A stretch of DNA of 64,000 nt from Pelomyxa schiedti (taxonomy: Eukaryota; Protista; Evosea). The position numbers and the translations under genes are program-made. Within the stretch, counting starts at the first letter, position 1. Each line of letters starts with the position of its first letter. Below the pieces are notes generated by a model. That model ran no database searches. It had not been told where the DNA came from and worked only from the letters and a program-made list of their open reading frames with translations. The stretch spans positions 1-64,000 of the forward strand of contig JAHLWZ010000053.1 of assembly GCA_020536535.1 (NCBI GenBank), given 5' to 3'. Shown here one piece after another: positions 11,567-26,089 of the stretch.

Positions 11567-14500
11567 ATGAGAGGCAACACTGTGTTCTTCAAGAAAACGC
11601 GGCAGGGCAAAGTGGTGCAGGTGTCCCGCGAGAAGTACCTCCGAAACGACCTCCCTTGTGGCTACGTGGGTTGCCCAGCGTGTTCCTCGATGTACCCAAA
11701 TTCGTCGTCGGGACTGGGGATGGTTATGGGACAGTCGTCGTTTGATTCGCCAATTGCAACTGCTACTTCCCTCATTGATAAGGCACCCACCCTGGCTACG
11801 GCTTTTCCTCCCGGTGTGCTTGCCAATCTAACCATATGTGCAATCAATGACCTCTGCTTGTGTTGCATGTGTAATTACACTCTAACTTAGTGACATTGTA
11901 TAAAGCTGTTCGTTGTTTGGCTAACTAGGAATTGAAAGGTACAAAACCGTGCATTGAGGGGAAAAAGGTTTTTGTTGTAGACACCAATGTTGTTCTACTG
12001 CAGATGGACCTCCTTGAAAATCATGCTATAACAAACTTTGTGGTGTGTTGCACTCGACAAACAAAACATTGCTTACAGCGAAAAGATTGTGTCAACAGTA
12101 ATAAACGAGGTTTCACACCAAAATAGGGGTGTGTACCGCAGATTATCTTCACTCATCAACGAGCAACCTCCAAGGTTTTTCTTATTCTCGAATGAAAACC
12201 ATAGGTCTGCACATGTTCATGCCATTCCAAATTAATTTTCCTCTCAAGAGAAACTTCCGTTAACCGTCTACCTGGTGAATCTGCAAATGACAGAAATGAT
12301 AGAGGTTTAATTTTTTTTTTCCAATTCAGCCAACCAAATGACAAAATCAATCAAAACAAGCTATACGTGTTGTTTGCAAGTGGTATCAGCAACACTTGGG
12401 CCCGAGTGTGGAAGTTGTTCTTGTATCAAATGACAGGTAAGCGAGTTCAGGGATGTGTTACAACTTTCTAAAATTCATCAGGGGAAACGTTAACAAGGCT
12501 CTTGCCGAAGGGCTCAAAGCCACTACAAGTACTTCTCCTTACTTGTTAAAATGCCAAGTGTGACGTGTATTGTAGTTCATTCCTTTGTTCACCAATATCA
12601 CCCTGATCGGCCTGATTTGGTTGATATCCTTGTTTCACCTTCATCTGAGCAACCAATGGATGACGATGCTGACAACGCGAATGCTGAATCGGCCTCTGCT
12701 TCAGCTAAGAAAAAGTTGCCTTCATATACAGAAGTACGCGACATCGTTCATTGGCATTCTTCTTAACCTTCTGCCTGTAGTACCTGGCAATGCCAGAACT
12801 GAAACGTGGAATACAGGTGAGTGATTAAACTTTCAATTTCCGTAATGAACGCTAGGAACGTCGTTTCTTTCAAGGGCCTTTGCGAGTCTCCCAAAATAAT
12901 TTCCTGGAAGCTTTCTTGCCAATGCAAGGCAGTAGTGAAGATATTCAAATCAATGGATGGGAGAGCATCAATCGCGCTGTAAGTGGTGACATAGTGGTGG
13001 TGAAACTACTTCCAAAGGACAAGTGGCTCAAAATACCCTGCAGCAGTTTAGGTACGATGCATATTACCTCCCATCCAAATGGCATTTAATTTCCTCAGAT
13101 AACCCCAAAGCTAAAGGAGCAAAAAAACCAGGCACGGAAACTCACAGAATTCAACCAACTGGCTGTGTTGTTGGTGTAGTGAAACGCAGTTGGAAACCCT
13201 ACACAGGATCTCTGGAGATCCCAAAAAAGGCCACAAGCAGCAACGATGGAAAGATTGCCAATTTACTGTTCATTGCTACTGATACAAGAATTCCCCCAAT
13301 TTCTATTCAAACAAGAAATGCAGCCTCCTTAATGGGAAAGCGAATTGTGGTGGCAATAGACCGCTGGGGTATACGTAGCAAGTAAGTCTGCTCACTAACA
13401 ATAAGCTAACAAACTTAGGTACCCTTGTGGTCATTTTGTGAGAGATCTAGGTGTTATCGGCGATAAAGAAACTGAAAGCAATGCCCTTCTTATTCAGCAT
13501 GATATCCCTTTCCACCCGTTCTCAGATAGTGTTCTGGCAGTATGGTTTCTTCACCTTTCAAACACTAAGATTTACTTGTCTACTTAGTGCCTTCCTGCAC
13601 TCCCATGGGAGTTTAAAGAGGAAATGCTTACTCCAGGAAGAATGGACCTCAGAGATAGATTAATATGTTCCGTGGATCCCCCCGGTTCGTTACTAATCCC
13701 CTGTCCTCTGCTTACTTTTCTAGGTTGCAAGGACATAGATGACGCTTTGCATGCAAAACCTTTGCCAGATGGGACATATGAAGTTGGAGTTCGTATGCTA
13801 CCAGCTTCATTTGATTTTTTTCTCAAGGGGAAATCAAAAAAGATATCGCGGATGTCTCCCACTATGTGTTAGAAGGCACAGCACTCGACATGGAGGCCCG
13901 TGATAGGGGCACCACCGTGTACCTTGCAGATAGGAGGATTGATATGCTTCCAAAACCGCTCACTGAAGATATATGTTCTCTTAGGGAGAATCAAACACGA
14001 ATGGCTTTTTCTGTAATCTGGGTACCTCAACGCCTTCCAGGCTTTCTTCACCCACATCCCAAAGAAAATGACAAAGAATGCTGAAATACAAAGCATTCAT
14101 ATTACTAAGAGTATTATAAAATCAAGGCATGCTTTTAGTTATGGAGAAGCTCAGATGTGGATCGATGATGAGTATGTCTTGTGCTTCCTTAGGCACGGCC
14201 ATTACAACACCTTATTGCGTTGCAGGCAAAGGCAGGATGACCTTACGAAAAGTCTCCGTGTCCTGCTTGAACTGGGAAAACACTTGAAACAGAAGCGAAT
14301 TGAAGCAGGAGCTTTATTATTGGCCTCATCAGAGATACATTTCACGAAAGATGCAAATTACCAGCCTGTTGATATTGGTATGCCACCTGGCAAATCAAAC
14401 ATGACTCTTTAACGTCTTTCAAAAGAGTTGTATCAGCTTAAGGATACCAACTCCATGGTTGAAGAATTTATGTTGCTTGCCAACGTTGAAGTTGCCAAAT

Positions 14501-16243
14501 ACACATATAAACACTTTCCCCACTATGCTTTATTGAGGTTTTCCCCCTTAGCTCTCGCATTTCTGAATTTCTGATCCCTGAAGGCGGCATCCCACACCAA
14601 ACCCAAAAAACTTTACGTGGCTACAAGATTTGTTGAGGAAAAGAGATTTTGATATTAACCCTGAGACCGCGAAGACTCTCGGACAGTCTCTTGAGGCTGC
14701 TGTGGTACCATTGTAGTTGCCTTTATTGCTGTTCTACCTGCATCTAGGACCCTGAGGACCCAAATATTAACCACATTATAAGAATGTTAACTACACGGTG
14801 CATGACTCAAGCAGTATACTTTAGTAGTGGAACACAAAACGAAAGTGAGTTTCATCACTTTGGCCTTGCAGCGGAAATGTATACCTTCTATTGAAATCTT
14901 GCTCTGCTCATTTTTTATTTTTTTAGTTACACACACTTCACATCTCCTATTCGTCGTTATGCCGGTAAGATCTTCATCAAAAACAAGTAAATTAATTTCA
15001 TGAAATAGATTTGCTTGTTCACAGGCTTTTAGCAAGCAGTATTGGACATATAACTGTCTCTACTAACTACAGCAAGTCGATAGTCCAATCAATTTGTGTC
15101 AGTGCGTAATTCAATTTGGTCTGTTACTTGTCTTCTTACTTCACGGGAAGAATTAAATCACAGGCATATGATGGCACAATATGCAGCTCGTGTTTCAAAT
15201 GAACTTCACAGCATAATCTTTTTCAAAGGTTTATTATTCCCTTGAAAAGTGACATAACATTCTTTAGGTAAATCAATTATTGAGATGGCATACGTGTCCC
15301 GACTCAAGGCTGGGGGGTTCATTTGTTTTGTTCCCAGGTAATATAATTTTCACAACAATTCATGTAAATTACTTTTTCCTCCAGGTTCGGCATAGAGTCT
15401 TTAGTTTACGTCACAGCAGCAACTCAAATTGGCAGTGATGGCGAAACCAAAAAGATCAAGAAAAATAAAGCAGAAATCGAGACTCCCACAGAACCTTTCG
15501 AATACAGTGAAACTGACCAGCACCTCAGAAGTTTATCTGGCAAAACTTGTATCGCTGTTCTGGACAAAGTGGTTGTGCACATTGACGTGGATTCATCGAG
15601 CCCCCATGGAGACAAACTTCGGATGTTGTGCATCATCCCGCCCGTGCATCAAGCGCCATCACAGGCCGCAGCACAACGAGCCAACGCTTTGGCGCCACAA
15701 ACCACTTGCAAAACAACAATTCCGCTTGAACCAAGCGCCGCAGCAACACCAGCCTCAGCCGCCACCTCCGCAAGCGCAAGTACAAGCACCCCGGCGCAAG
15801 CAGACTCAGAAGGCAAACCATTGGCATATACCCTGGTGGATGACGGCTGCAGAACCTCTGGTGCCGCCACCTCACACGAGTCTACGATAAGCTCGGAAGT
15901 TAAAGGTGCCATCTCCACATTAACCACATCCGAAGAAGCGGAATCCGATGTTGATTCCGAGGAGCTCCTAGGCATTCCAACAAATGAATCCTCCACATCA
16001 ACCTCAACAACACCAACTCCAACCACTGCTGCTACTGACCCTGAGGATGAGGATAGTGGTGCTGCTGACCACAACAAGCCCGTAGCACCCCATAAGCGCC
16101 CTCCTCCTCCACCTCAACAAATAGTCACATCCACCACACCTGCACCCACACCCGCAACAGCACCCACAACAACAACAACAACAATAACATTCAAAGCACC
16201 CAAAGGCTCCAAAAGAAGGAGACAAGCAAAAGAGGACGATTGA
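11567..16243 (+). CDS. DIS3: Exosome catalytic subunit DIS3/RRP44 (PIN + CSD + RNB + S1), many introns
   Basis: [28 protein letters not shown]; PIN VVDTNV, INEV, DRNDR, VSNDR; [48 protein letters not shown]. Confidence 0.97.
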
Positions 16244-16289
16244 TCAATCGTCATTTACATCCCTTCCCCTAAATCATTTTTGAGAAGGA

Positions 16290-17855
16290 ATGTTTTTCGG
16301 GTTGGACGATGATGCCTCGACGTCACCCGGTGCGCATTCGCCCAAACGAAACGACCACATCAAGTACGTACCAAAAGCACAAAAACCATGGACAATAACA
16401 ACAAAAAAAAGAGTACTAGAGTACCAGTTAACAAGCGGCATTGCTGCTCACAAGATCAAACTAGAAGGTCGTGTGTTGTCAAACCCGCGCACTTCCTCCA
16501 CTCCCACATCAACAAGTGCACATTCACCTTGTACTTCCTCGACCACCTCCCCGTCTACGTCCTCAGCCTCAGCCTCGTCCTCTACCACTACGACGAGCAG
16601 ATCGGTCAGTTGCACGACCTCGGCGTCGGTGTCGACGCCTGAGAGTGAGACTGAGGGAGTGAGGGCGTGTGTCATGAAAGCGCTGACGTCACCTCAGGCG
16701 GTGACGTCATTGACAACTGTGGAACTCACTTCTTGCTTCCTGGTGGAAATTCCACCAGAACTGGCGGGTCTCAGGGCTCTCACTTGTATGTTAGAAACTA
16801 ACATTCAACCAACACTCCATTTGGAATTTCTCGCTTCATTAACCTATCTGCTTTGAACAGCTTTATTTTTACCCAAGAATAAGATAAGTGTTATTCCAGA
16901 CTGGATTGTGCAGCTTCCATCTCTCAAAAATCTAGGTTTTTCTTTCCTAAAAATAACTTACTCTTACATACCCTACTTCAGAGGTAAACTATAACTGTAT
17001 TAGACACGTAACAAGTTCCCTGGGCGAAGTGGCATCCCTAGAAAAGCTTTCACTTGTTCACAACAAGTTGAGAGAATTCCCATTTGAACAACTCGGTTGG
17101 CTTCCCAACATACAGTCTGCGTTCCTAGGATTGAATTACTTAGACTTGACAAAGTGCGTGAGTTGTATTACGAACACTCGTCCGTCATTCTCAGAGCACA
17201 CAGATTATCAGAGCAAGAACGCCAGCTCTCTGATGCACTTTGCCCTAACATCTCAATGCAGCGTTGCCCACAGTTAATTATTCCTGGGTTGTATCTTGGT
17301 GGCGTTATAACCACCGAAGATGCTGAAGAGCTGCAAGCCCTTGGAATAACTCACATTCTGTCTATTGGTATGTCGCCATTATGTGGGAACCTACCGGCAT
17401 TTGCATTCAAAAAAGTTGCTGTCAACGATTTACCTCATGTAATTTCGCCTTCACTTTCCTTTGGCTCAATGATGCCTACTGAAATTAGTCACACAGGAAG
17501 ACATAAAAAGTCACTTCCCAGCAGCAAATGGGTTTATTAGCCAAGGCATAGCTACCGGCGGCGTTCTTGTTCATTGTGCAGCCGGTGTGGAATGAGAGAC
17601 CGCTATATAGATAGAATTTTCCGAACTTAATTGAGGCACACAGGGCAATCCCGGTCACCATCCTTTGTGGTAGCCTACCTCATGGCATCTAAAAGGATGC
17701 CCTATTCGATGGCACTATCATTAGTAAGGCAGAAAAGGTACCTTTCTCAAACCTTGCCAAATCACTCTCATAATTTTTATCGCAGGCCTTGCTGTTCCCC
17801 GAATTTTGGCTTCTGTAAACAGCTCCAACAGTACGCAAAAAGTTTGGCATTGTAA
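16290..17855 (+). CDS. LRR-containing dual-specificity protein phosphatase
   Basis: LRRs (LTTVELTSCFLVEIPPEL; LEKLSLVHNKLREFP), IIPGLYLGG, spliced P-loop HCAAG|QSRSPSFVVAYLM, SPNFGFCKQL. Confidence 0.9.
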
Positions 17856-17893
17856 TTTTGAATGAAAAAAAACTTATTTTAGTTTCTTTTTAT

Positions 17894-20653
17894 TCAAATC
17901 CAATCCAGAACTTGAATGGTGTAGGGTTTGGTGATTTCTCCAATGAAATCGGCCTTTTTGCGGTATCCAGAGCTTCCTTGTGCTTGGTGGGTTGTTGTTG
18001 GCTTCTCACAAATGAACTTGACCAGTGAGCTTACTTCCATTGCCTCGTGTATGAAGTTGCACAAGCCGGTTACTGTGTACGACAGCCCTTTCATCATTCC
18101 CACAAACTCCTTTGACAGTACGATGCTGGGTAGGTGCGCGTCCACAATGGCACACCCCCACGTGGCCACTTTCTTGAGGTCGGGCAGTGACACGAACTTC
18201 CGGCACAGCCGGAGGCTTTTGCTCAGTTTCTTTGTGTTCTTTCCCCAACTGTGTTCTGTGGCTAGCTGTCCTAGGTGTTTGATAGCCCACTGGCGCAAAT
18301 GAGTATAGTACAGGGGGGAGAAAAAAGCCTACCTTCAGGTGTCCAACTGGCAATTTTCTTAGGTAATGGGGCAATGTAAGTTTGTCTACGTCAGCATTTA
18401 GAACTAAATCACACATGACTCCCCGTGCTAGGGAATCTGATATGGTGTCTGACTTCGTTCTGCAAACGTGAGGAAAGAAAGAGGAGGAAAGGGAAAACCT
18501 TTGTCTAACATATGAAGTGATAGACGGGGAGTTCTTAGTGTCAAGAAGGAGCAGAAGAAAGTCAATAATTGAGCCAGTACTAATGTCCCGTACGTAACGC
18601 AAAACGTCTTCCACTCCTTCCTGAATACGAAGGTTAAACCGCCAAAGGAACACAACAAATTGACCAAGAATTTCTGTTCCAAAATCCTGGAGATCAACTC
18701 TGGGCTACTACTGTCGTGTATGTAGCCGTGGCACATAAGAGTATGAATGGGGGCCCATTGTTGTGTTTGTATTACCTTAGTGTCTCCACATACACAATTA
18801 TAAATGGTATTGTTTACAAATTGGGGTGGTAGAGAAAGTGAATCCTAGGCTTTGATTAAGTGCAAAGTGGAGGTTAGAAGCTGTGTAACCTGTCTTATAA
18901 TAGCCAGTAAGTGGTCTGAAAGTTCAAGTTTCCGTTTTTCGATGTTTCGAAGAGAAATCTTTGCAGCTGGGTTCTCTGATGAACGTAAATAGTCGAAGAA
19001 TGTTCTATCAGCCGAATTGCTGAAGGGGCTGATTTGGGGTGCTCCAACAGGATAGATGGATGGGATATCATCGAAATTGAGTGAGGAGTGGACGTCATGA
19101 AATTGATGACGTAAGTTGCATTCTTCCTCCTGAAAGTAGTCACGTGAAACCAAAACAAAAAAGACATACCTGTAGAACAAATGAGTTGGGCCTAAAGTTA
19201 GACAGAGGGATACCCTCTGACTGGGGTTCTATAAGCAAGTTAACAAAGAAAATCGTTCCACGGTGAGAACCTTCTAAAAGCTCTTCAAAGTTCACATCCA
19301 ATGGAAGAATTGCTTTTTTAGGTGAAGCAGACGGTCGGGTCGTCGCAATTCTCTACAACATATTTCATTGTAAGAAAGAACCTGGAAAGGATACCTTTAG
19401 ATCATAAGTTACTGACACATCCTTTCTGGGTTGTCTTTTTTTTTTCCTTCTAAGCTCAAGAAGAGTGGACAAGGTGACTTTCTCTTGAAAGTGGGTAGTA
19501 ACAACTGTCACCAAGCTGTCTGCCACAACGCAAGTTTTATTGTGCGCAATGGGAACGAGCTGCATTAGCTGCGACTTGGGTTGTATTGTGCCAAGTTGCG
19601 AGTCGCAAAGTTCCAATCCAAAACGAAGATCATAAGTCACCAAAGCCTTTACTTGTTAGGGGTGAGGGGGAAAAAAAGAGTCACTGTACATATTTGCGAT
19701 TTTTAGGATTTATCTTCTTCTCCCCTACAACAACCAGAACTGGGGCATTCCACTGACAAAGTGAAGGAGTGAAATCTGGCTACAACAGATGAGGAACGAA
19801 GGGAAATGAAGGATGAAAAACCGAAGTTGAAGTCAGATTGATGACAAGGCTTGGTTCTACTGTTATGGGAGCGTCAGTAGAACTACTTATCTCACATATC
19901 GTGAAAATACAGACATCATGCGGATCTGGAACCGTGAATTGGTTATGTTCATGAGTTATGGGCATGTTTTACAAAGAATAGCTAGTTTCGTAGCAGAGTC
20001 AATGATGGAGCATGAAATGGGAGCTGCCTTCATGAAGCAGAATCGATACTTACAGTAAGGAATGGGGAAATAAAATTTGGAATAATACAGAGATGTTGTT
20101 TTCAAGGTTCATGGTCACTTCAGTAAATTGAGTGGATAATGAATCCACAAACGTGAGCTTCAAGCAGTGCAAGGCAGTATCCTTCACCGTGACTGCAAAA
20201 AGGTGTAACGCCTGTGCGTCCTTGAAGCTCCCGATCAGTATTATATCTCTACAATGATTACTTCGTGTGGGAAGTATCAGTGAAATCACCCCAACTGTTC
20301 CTCAACGGTTCTGATATCCGTTTTACTTAATTCCAATAGGTTGACGTAAAAGATTGCTCTCTTTGTGGCAACAAAAGCAGCGTTGTTGAAAAATTTTGTC
20401 ACTTCCACCCCAACTACAGGGTCCACAAACTTCAAAGCACAATATGAGAAAAACATAGTAGTCATAAACGGAGTTGTACATGCATCACTGCAGCACTGCT
20501 CAAGGCGTTACCCCCTTTCCATAGATACAACTCGGGTTTCTTCACTCCCTGACCTGCACTCACAAAATGTGGCTCTGTTTCTTCCGGGGTAAATCTCACA
20601 GCATAAGCGGGGTGAGCCAGGTGATGCACCCCAGTCACACTCCAAGTGTTCAT
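17894..20653 (-). CDS. NOL11: NOL11/Utp8-like nucleolar protein (5' end approximate)
   Basis: C-terminal PDLKKVATWGCAIVDAHLPSIVL...KPYTIQVLDWI* matches the Nol11/Utp8 C-terminal pattern (W...LDA(H/N)F/L...Y(S/T)IE.L); beta-rich N-terminal exons. Confidence 0.55.
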
Positions 20654-21224
20654 AGGCTCCAGAGTATCTTTCTATAAGAATTAGAATCAGAAGTAGTAGG
20701 TGTGCATTGGGCACTTTTTGTTGGTGTGTTGGTTGATCTCCAGTGGGGGTTTTTTTCTTTTTTTTTTTGACGGTGAGTGCAGGGCCCCTCATACCGAGCA
20801 AACTTGCACGGTCCCATTTTCGTGAGCAAAATAAACGACGGGCAGCACAGGATCTACGGAAACGAACACCTTCCCATCATCGCTTTCGCCAAAGGGTCTC
20901 ACCGTCACCGTGAGTGGCTCCATTTCCCAATCAAAAAAATATCGGGCTTAATTAACTGGTGCAACTGCGCACAGAAGGAACACAATCTGGTAAAAAATGC
21001 CCAACCCACAATGACAACCGGGGGCCATAACCAATGCAGCTGAAAACAAATCCTGGTTTTAAATTGAGCTTTAGGATGAGACTACAGACTAGAGTCTATG
21101 AAGTAAGTGATTTCATTGGTCCGTCTGATTTTTTTCCCTCACAAAAAAGTTGTGCCTCCTTCATTCGCTAGAGTAGATCGATTTTCGTGATCTTTTTCGA
21201 GAAAATCTCTTCAAATACAAAAGG

Positions 21225-24045
21225 ATGGAGGGCAGGCGTCAAGTGACACGGGAAGTAACGGGTGTGTTCGCCGAGGGACTGAGGTGGACTTTCTGTCACA
21301 TGATTGGCACAACCACAAGATCCCTTGTCGACTGGGAGAGGTTTAAAGAGAAAAAAAACCCACCGTTCACGCTGGCACCACTTTTAAGACAAAATAACCA
21401 AACCAAAACACACAAAAAAAACGAAAACTGATGACAAGTGAAAAGGGAGTCCACAGACGAATTCCCAGAGCTGAAGGCCTTTTTGAAGTCACCAAAGGGA
21501 CTATCAACCTTGACAGTTGAACAAATACGAGGGATGCCAGCTACTAGGGAGATGTTCCCTGATCTTTTTCCTACAACACTCTCGTTTGACAGCCAATCAC
21601 TGTCATTTTCTGCCCCGGTTCCGCCTAGAACCCGAGCCGCCGAGCAGAGTTCCTCTCAAATGGACGTGAAAGTGGCTGTAAAAACTCCCTCCACTGGGAT
21701 TCCGTCTGAAATGAAAGGCAGTGATCCTATTCCGTGTAAGGAAGAAAGTTCTCTCCCGAAAGCATCTGTAAAGGAACCCACTTGCGCGGCAACACCCAAT
21801 GCTCTTGAGAATACTGTAAGCACTTCACCGACCAATAGTCTTCGTTCTACCAGTTTGAGAAGTGAACCTCAAAATACGGGAATTGGATTATCTGTCTCAC
21901 TACCAAGTGGCCCTTGGAGAAAAGCGAGTCCTCCCCCATGCCCCCTACCAGAGGTTCCAAAAGATAGTAGTGATCAGCTCTCAACAAAAAGCAACCAGAC
22001 ACCACCACTCCCTGCACCAGACCCCATTATTCCAATGGTTTCCATTTCTCCAAGTTCACCCACTGTAACGCGCTGCCCTCCAGCAATACCCTCCCTGAAT
22101 ATACAGGCTGAAAGTAACGACCAACTGCACCCTAACCTCATTAGGCACTCCTGTCCACCACCATCATCCCCGAAAGTGGCACCACTGTCAATTCTGTCCC
22201 TGAACCCCACAGCCACTGCTTCTACCACAAATCCCTCACCCAGAGCCTCCCCTCGCATATCCCGTCCCTTATCAGCCACTCCAGTGGAATACTCGGGTGA
22301 GAATTCTTCAGTTGCCTATGCAGTATCTACAGAGCCTGCTGTAACATACGATATGGAAACTAACTTCACTCATGTAACTTAAAAATGTCATTGGAATAAA
22401 GTAACCTAGAACAAGGTTTTCCACACAGGAGAAGTTTGCCAGAAGAATGCCAAAGCCTTATTATCAAGCACAGCTCCAGGTAATTTGCATTCAATCTGCC
22501 ACATACCTTAAGGATATAGAAAAAACACCTGCGCAAGTGGAAGAGGAAGCACGAATCCAGCACGCACACACTGTAAAATCAGTGCTTGAGGAGCATTTTA
22601 ATTGTAGCGATGCTGCCTCGGAGGGGTACAAACATTTTAGCCATACAACTCGCTCTAAAGAATGTCATTCGAAAGATTTGGGAATGATCAAGCACTTCGC
22701 GATTTTGTCCTTCATATTCCCAAGCTTGTGAGCGACGCCAAGCAAATTGTTCAACGAGAAAATACACTGCTCACCCTCCATGCTCCAGTGTTTGTCATTG
22801 GTGACCTCCACGGTAACTTTGAGGTGACTACTTTTACTACTCCAACAAGATTGCTAATAGTACTTTAAGGACCTTTCCTTTTTTTGCAAGGCTCTGGGGC
22901 TATGGGGTCCCCATAAAATTGTGATACCGAAATTCCTTTTCCTTGGAGACTATGTTGACAGGTTGACCCATGTATTTCAGTAGCTTTGCTTACTTTTCAG
23001 AGGAAAGCATTCCGTGCAAGTGGTTGCATACCTCTTAACTCTGAAAATTTTATACCCAAGGAAGGAATGCACACTTCTGTACGCTTCCTCAGCCAACCTT
23101 TTCTTAGGTTTTCCTTCTTCGAGGGAACCATGAATTCCCAGATATCAATGGCGATTTTTGTAATTTCCCTTTCTTTTTTTTTTTTCGCAAATTCCTTACT
23201 CTTCTCTAGTGCAGTATGACTTCTAATCCACTACCATTAATTGAATTTTTATCTCAACAGCTACCTCACTTCTTCCTTCAAGTATTGGTGCCAAAGGTCA
23301 GGGCGAGATTGGGGAGGCCCTGGTGATTGGCTATGGAAACTGTGCAACGAATTCTTTGATGACCTACCCTTGGCAGCTACCATTGACGGGAAAGTCTTTT
23401 GTGTGCATGGAGGCATACCCAATATAACTGAAACTTGTCCCTCTCCTCTCGCTCTAATATCCAAGGTACATTGTCCCACTTTACGAAATAAAAAACCAAA
23501 CAAACAAAACAGATAGCCAGGCCAATCAAGAGGGAAGATGAAGAAGTTGTTAGAGACTTAATGTGGTCGGATCCTATGGAAGAGGAAGATGACACCGGTA
23601 GGCTGATCACTTTAGTTGTAATGGTTCTATTACGTTTACACCTGAACTAGGTGAAGAACTATTCATAGTAAATAACGATAGAGGTAGAGGCCACTTTTTC
23701 AGCAAGAAAGCACTTGATATCTTTTGCTCCAAATGTAAAGTTTCGCACATTATACGGGCGCATCAAGTCGTACAGGTGAGAATTATGGCTTCGGTTTTTC
23801 TTTTCCTAAAATCTCTTCCTTTCTTCTTCACCCTTTTTTCCCCTCACAATGCACAGCATGGGGTCGAGATACGACAAGAAGGCAGAATCGTCACAGTCTT
23901 TTCATCATCTGGTTACGCGAACCGGAACGAGGCAGCAGCCATCCTAATAGATGACGGCGCATTGAGATTCATAACCAAAGTCGTTGAGCAGGTTGAAGAC
24001 CATGATTCTGTACCCAGCACCACAACAAAGAAGAGCGACCCATAA
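21225..24045 (+). CDS. PPP-family Ser/Thr protein phosphatase with long Pro/Ser-rich N-terminus (start inferred via first intron)
   Basis: GDLHG, GDYVDR, RGNHE, HGG, WSDP, RAHQ, TVFSS motifs across exons. Confidence 0.92.
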
Positions 24046-24238
24046 TTCCACGACGCCCTGGCCTTATCATCCCAACAACTTCCAACTGGGCCACCGAGAG
24101 ACAACCACCCAACGTCACAGATTCACCAGCTGAGAGTGTAAGAGATAGTAACCACCAAACGCCTGAGACTCATAACGTAGAATTCTTCTTCGTAATCTTC
24201 TCCATATTTTCCTCCGCACGAACTTTCAAAAATTACGA

Positions 24239-25948
24239 ATGGCGGGTGTTGGTACTATGCCCGGATCTGCGACACAGCCCAGTATGGGAGTAGCAATAAA
24301 AGTAGAAGCACAAGGTGGTGTTGTCAACATGGAGGGTGTAACTACAACCGGTGGATCTCGTACTGACAGAATCGAGCGCGATCGCCCCGCCAATCGTTCT
24401 AGATCTATGAGTAGAGGCTCTGGGAGCAGGAGCCCTAGTCGAGGGAGAAAGGGAAGGAGTAGCAAGTCTCGTAGCAGGAGTCCGGCAGTAAAGTAAACAA
24501 ACCCGAAATTCGGTCCTTTTTGTGCCCCCTCTTTTGTTCAGTGAGCTCAAACTGTGCAGGGACGACAGCGAAGGCAATACTACAATTTATGTAGGCAATT
24601 TGGATTACGACTCTACTGCAAAAGAAATATAGTATGATTATGCTTGCACTACCACGGCTCATATGTACACAACAGCAAGGAATTCTCTGAATTTGGGCCT
24701 ATTCTTTATACTGCTATTCCTTTGTTTCCCACTGAGACATCGAAAGGTTATGGTTTCGTTCAATATGCCAGGTAGTATCAGCACTTTCTTTTGAATCATT
24801 TACCCTCTGAAGCCCCGCTTCAGCTGAAAAAGCAGTGAAGCAAATGCGTGAGTTATAGTTACAATTTCAATATTATTTATACTGTTGGTCCTACGCATGA
24901 AACACTCCAAAAACTATTTATTTTCTCCCTTCTTCCCGAGTGTCATACAAACGGCTACCAGTATACATTATGTTGCCATATCATATCTTATACAATTACT
25001 TTACTCCTATATACATACTACTCTATTTTCCTTGTAGCATTGCCCCCGTAAACCTTTCCCCTTTCTCCAACTGACTAAAAAGTTTTCCTCAATTAACATG
25101 TGAGACAGATCAGTCAAGGTTACATGGGCGATGCATTACAGTGCGTTGGGCTACACGTGGTGCACACCGTGGTCGAGTTGATGAATACAAGCCAGGCGTT
25201 GATGGGTTAACCTTCCCCTCCTTCTATCTCTATGGTCACCTACTCCTAGGGAACTGAAACATGAACGTGACAGGTTTTGCCTCAGAATTGACTCTTCAAA
25301 ACTAAGTACCTTAGGATTGTTCGAGTAAGTGGGGACCTGTCACCAGAGCCTAGAAGGTACGGTGGGTACCCAGCTCGACCACAGTTTCGCTCTTCTTATC
25401 ACCGGTCACGCACTTTTTCCCGATCTCGATCCCGTTCGTGGTCTCGGTCTCGTTCACGCTCCCACTCGCGTTCGTGGTCGCGCCACCACCGCCATTCTTC
25501 ATCTCGGTCAAGGTCTTCCCGTTCTAGATCAACATCGCGTTCTCGTTCAAGGTAACCATACCGTACCCTATCAACCCTATTCACTAATTAACTTTGCAAT
25601 CAGGTCCCCACAATTACCTAAGCAAATTCAACAGCTCCCTGTGATTGGGGTTCAAGTGACAGTGACTGGAGCAAACACAGCCACAACTACAACAACCACA
25701 GCCCCGCCAATGCCTCAACAGCCAATTGCCCAAGTCCCACCCTCTGTACCAGCGCCGATTTCCACGACCACTGCCGCCCCTGTACCCATGCCTAGCAACC
25801 CTCCTCAGCCCTCCGGCACATCAGGAAGCTCTCGGCACTCCTCTCACCACAGACACCACCATTCTTCTCGAGACAGGCCACACCGCCACTCACCAAGGTA
25901 TTCACTTTCCTGTGGTCTTGTCCTAACATCTTTTCCAGACGAGGTTGA
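24239..25948 (+). CDS. RRM and RS-domain protein (SR-like splicing factor)
   Basis: RNP2 IYVGNL, RNP1 KGYGFVQY, RS dipeptide tracts at about 24400-24480 and 25400-25550, Pro/His-rich tail. Confidence 0.7.
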
Positions 25949-26089
25949 GAACTGTGGACCCGCACCTTTGCAAAAAGAAAAAAATTGTCCCCTTGAAAAA
26001 GGAAAAGAAAGAAAATTTACAAGTGTTGTTGCGGGGTGTGCATTGAAACACGAGATGATTTCCCTTTCATTCATTGCCAACACGCGTGT

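Noticed and set aside
21438-21456. 19-nt intron giving MTNEFPEL start for the PPP phosphatase
   Set aside because: Far shorter than the other introns here; an upstream exon at 21225 gives an in-frame alternative.
2936-25948. Functional RNA-metabolism gene cluster (RNA repair, DIS3, NOL11, SR protein)
   Set aside because: Interspersed with unrelated genes on both strands; RNA-processing genes are common enough for chance proximity.
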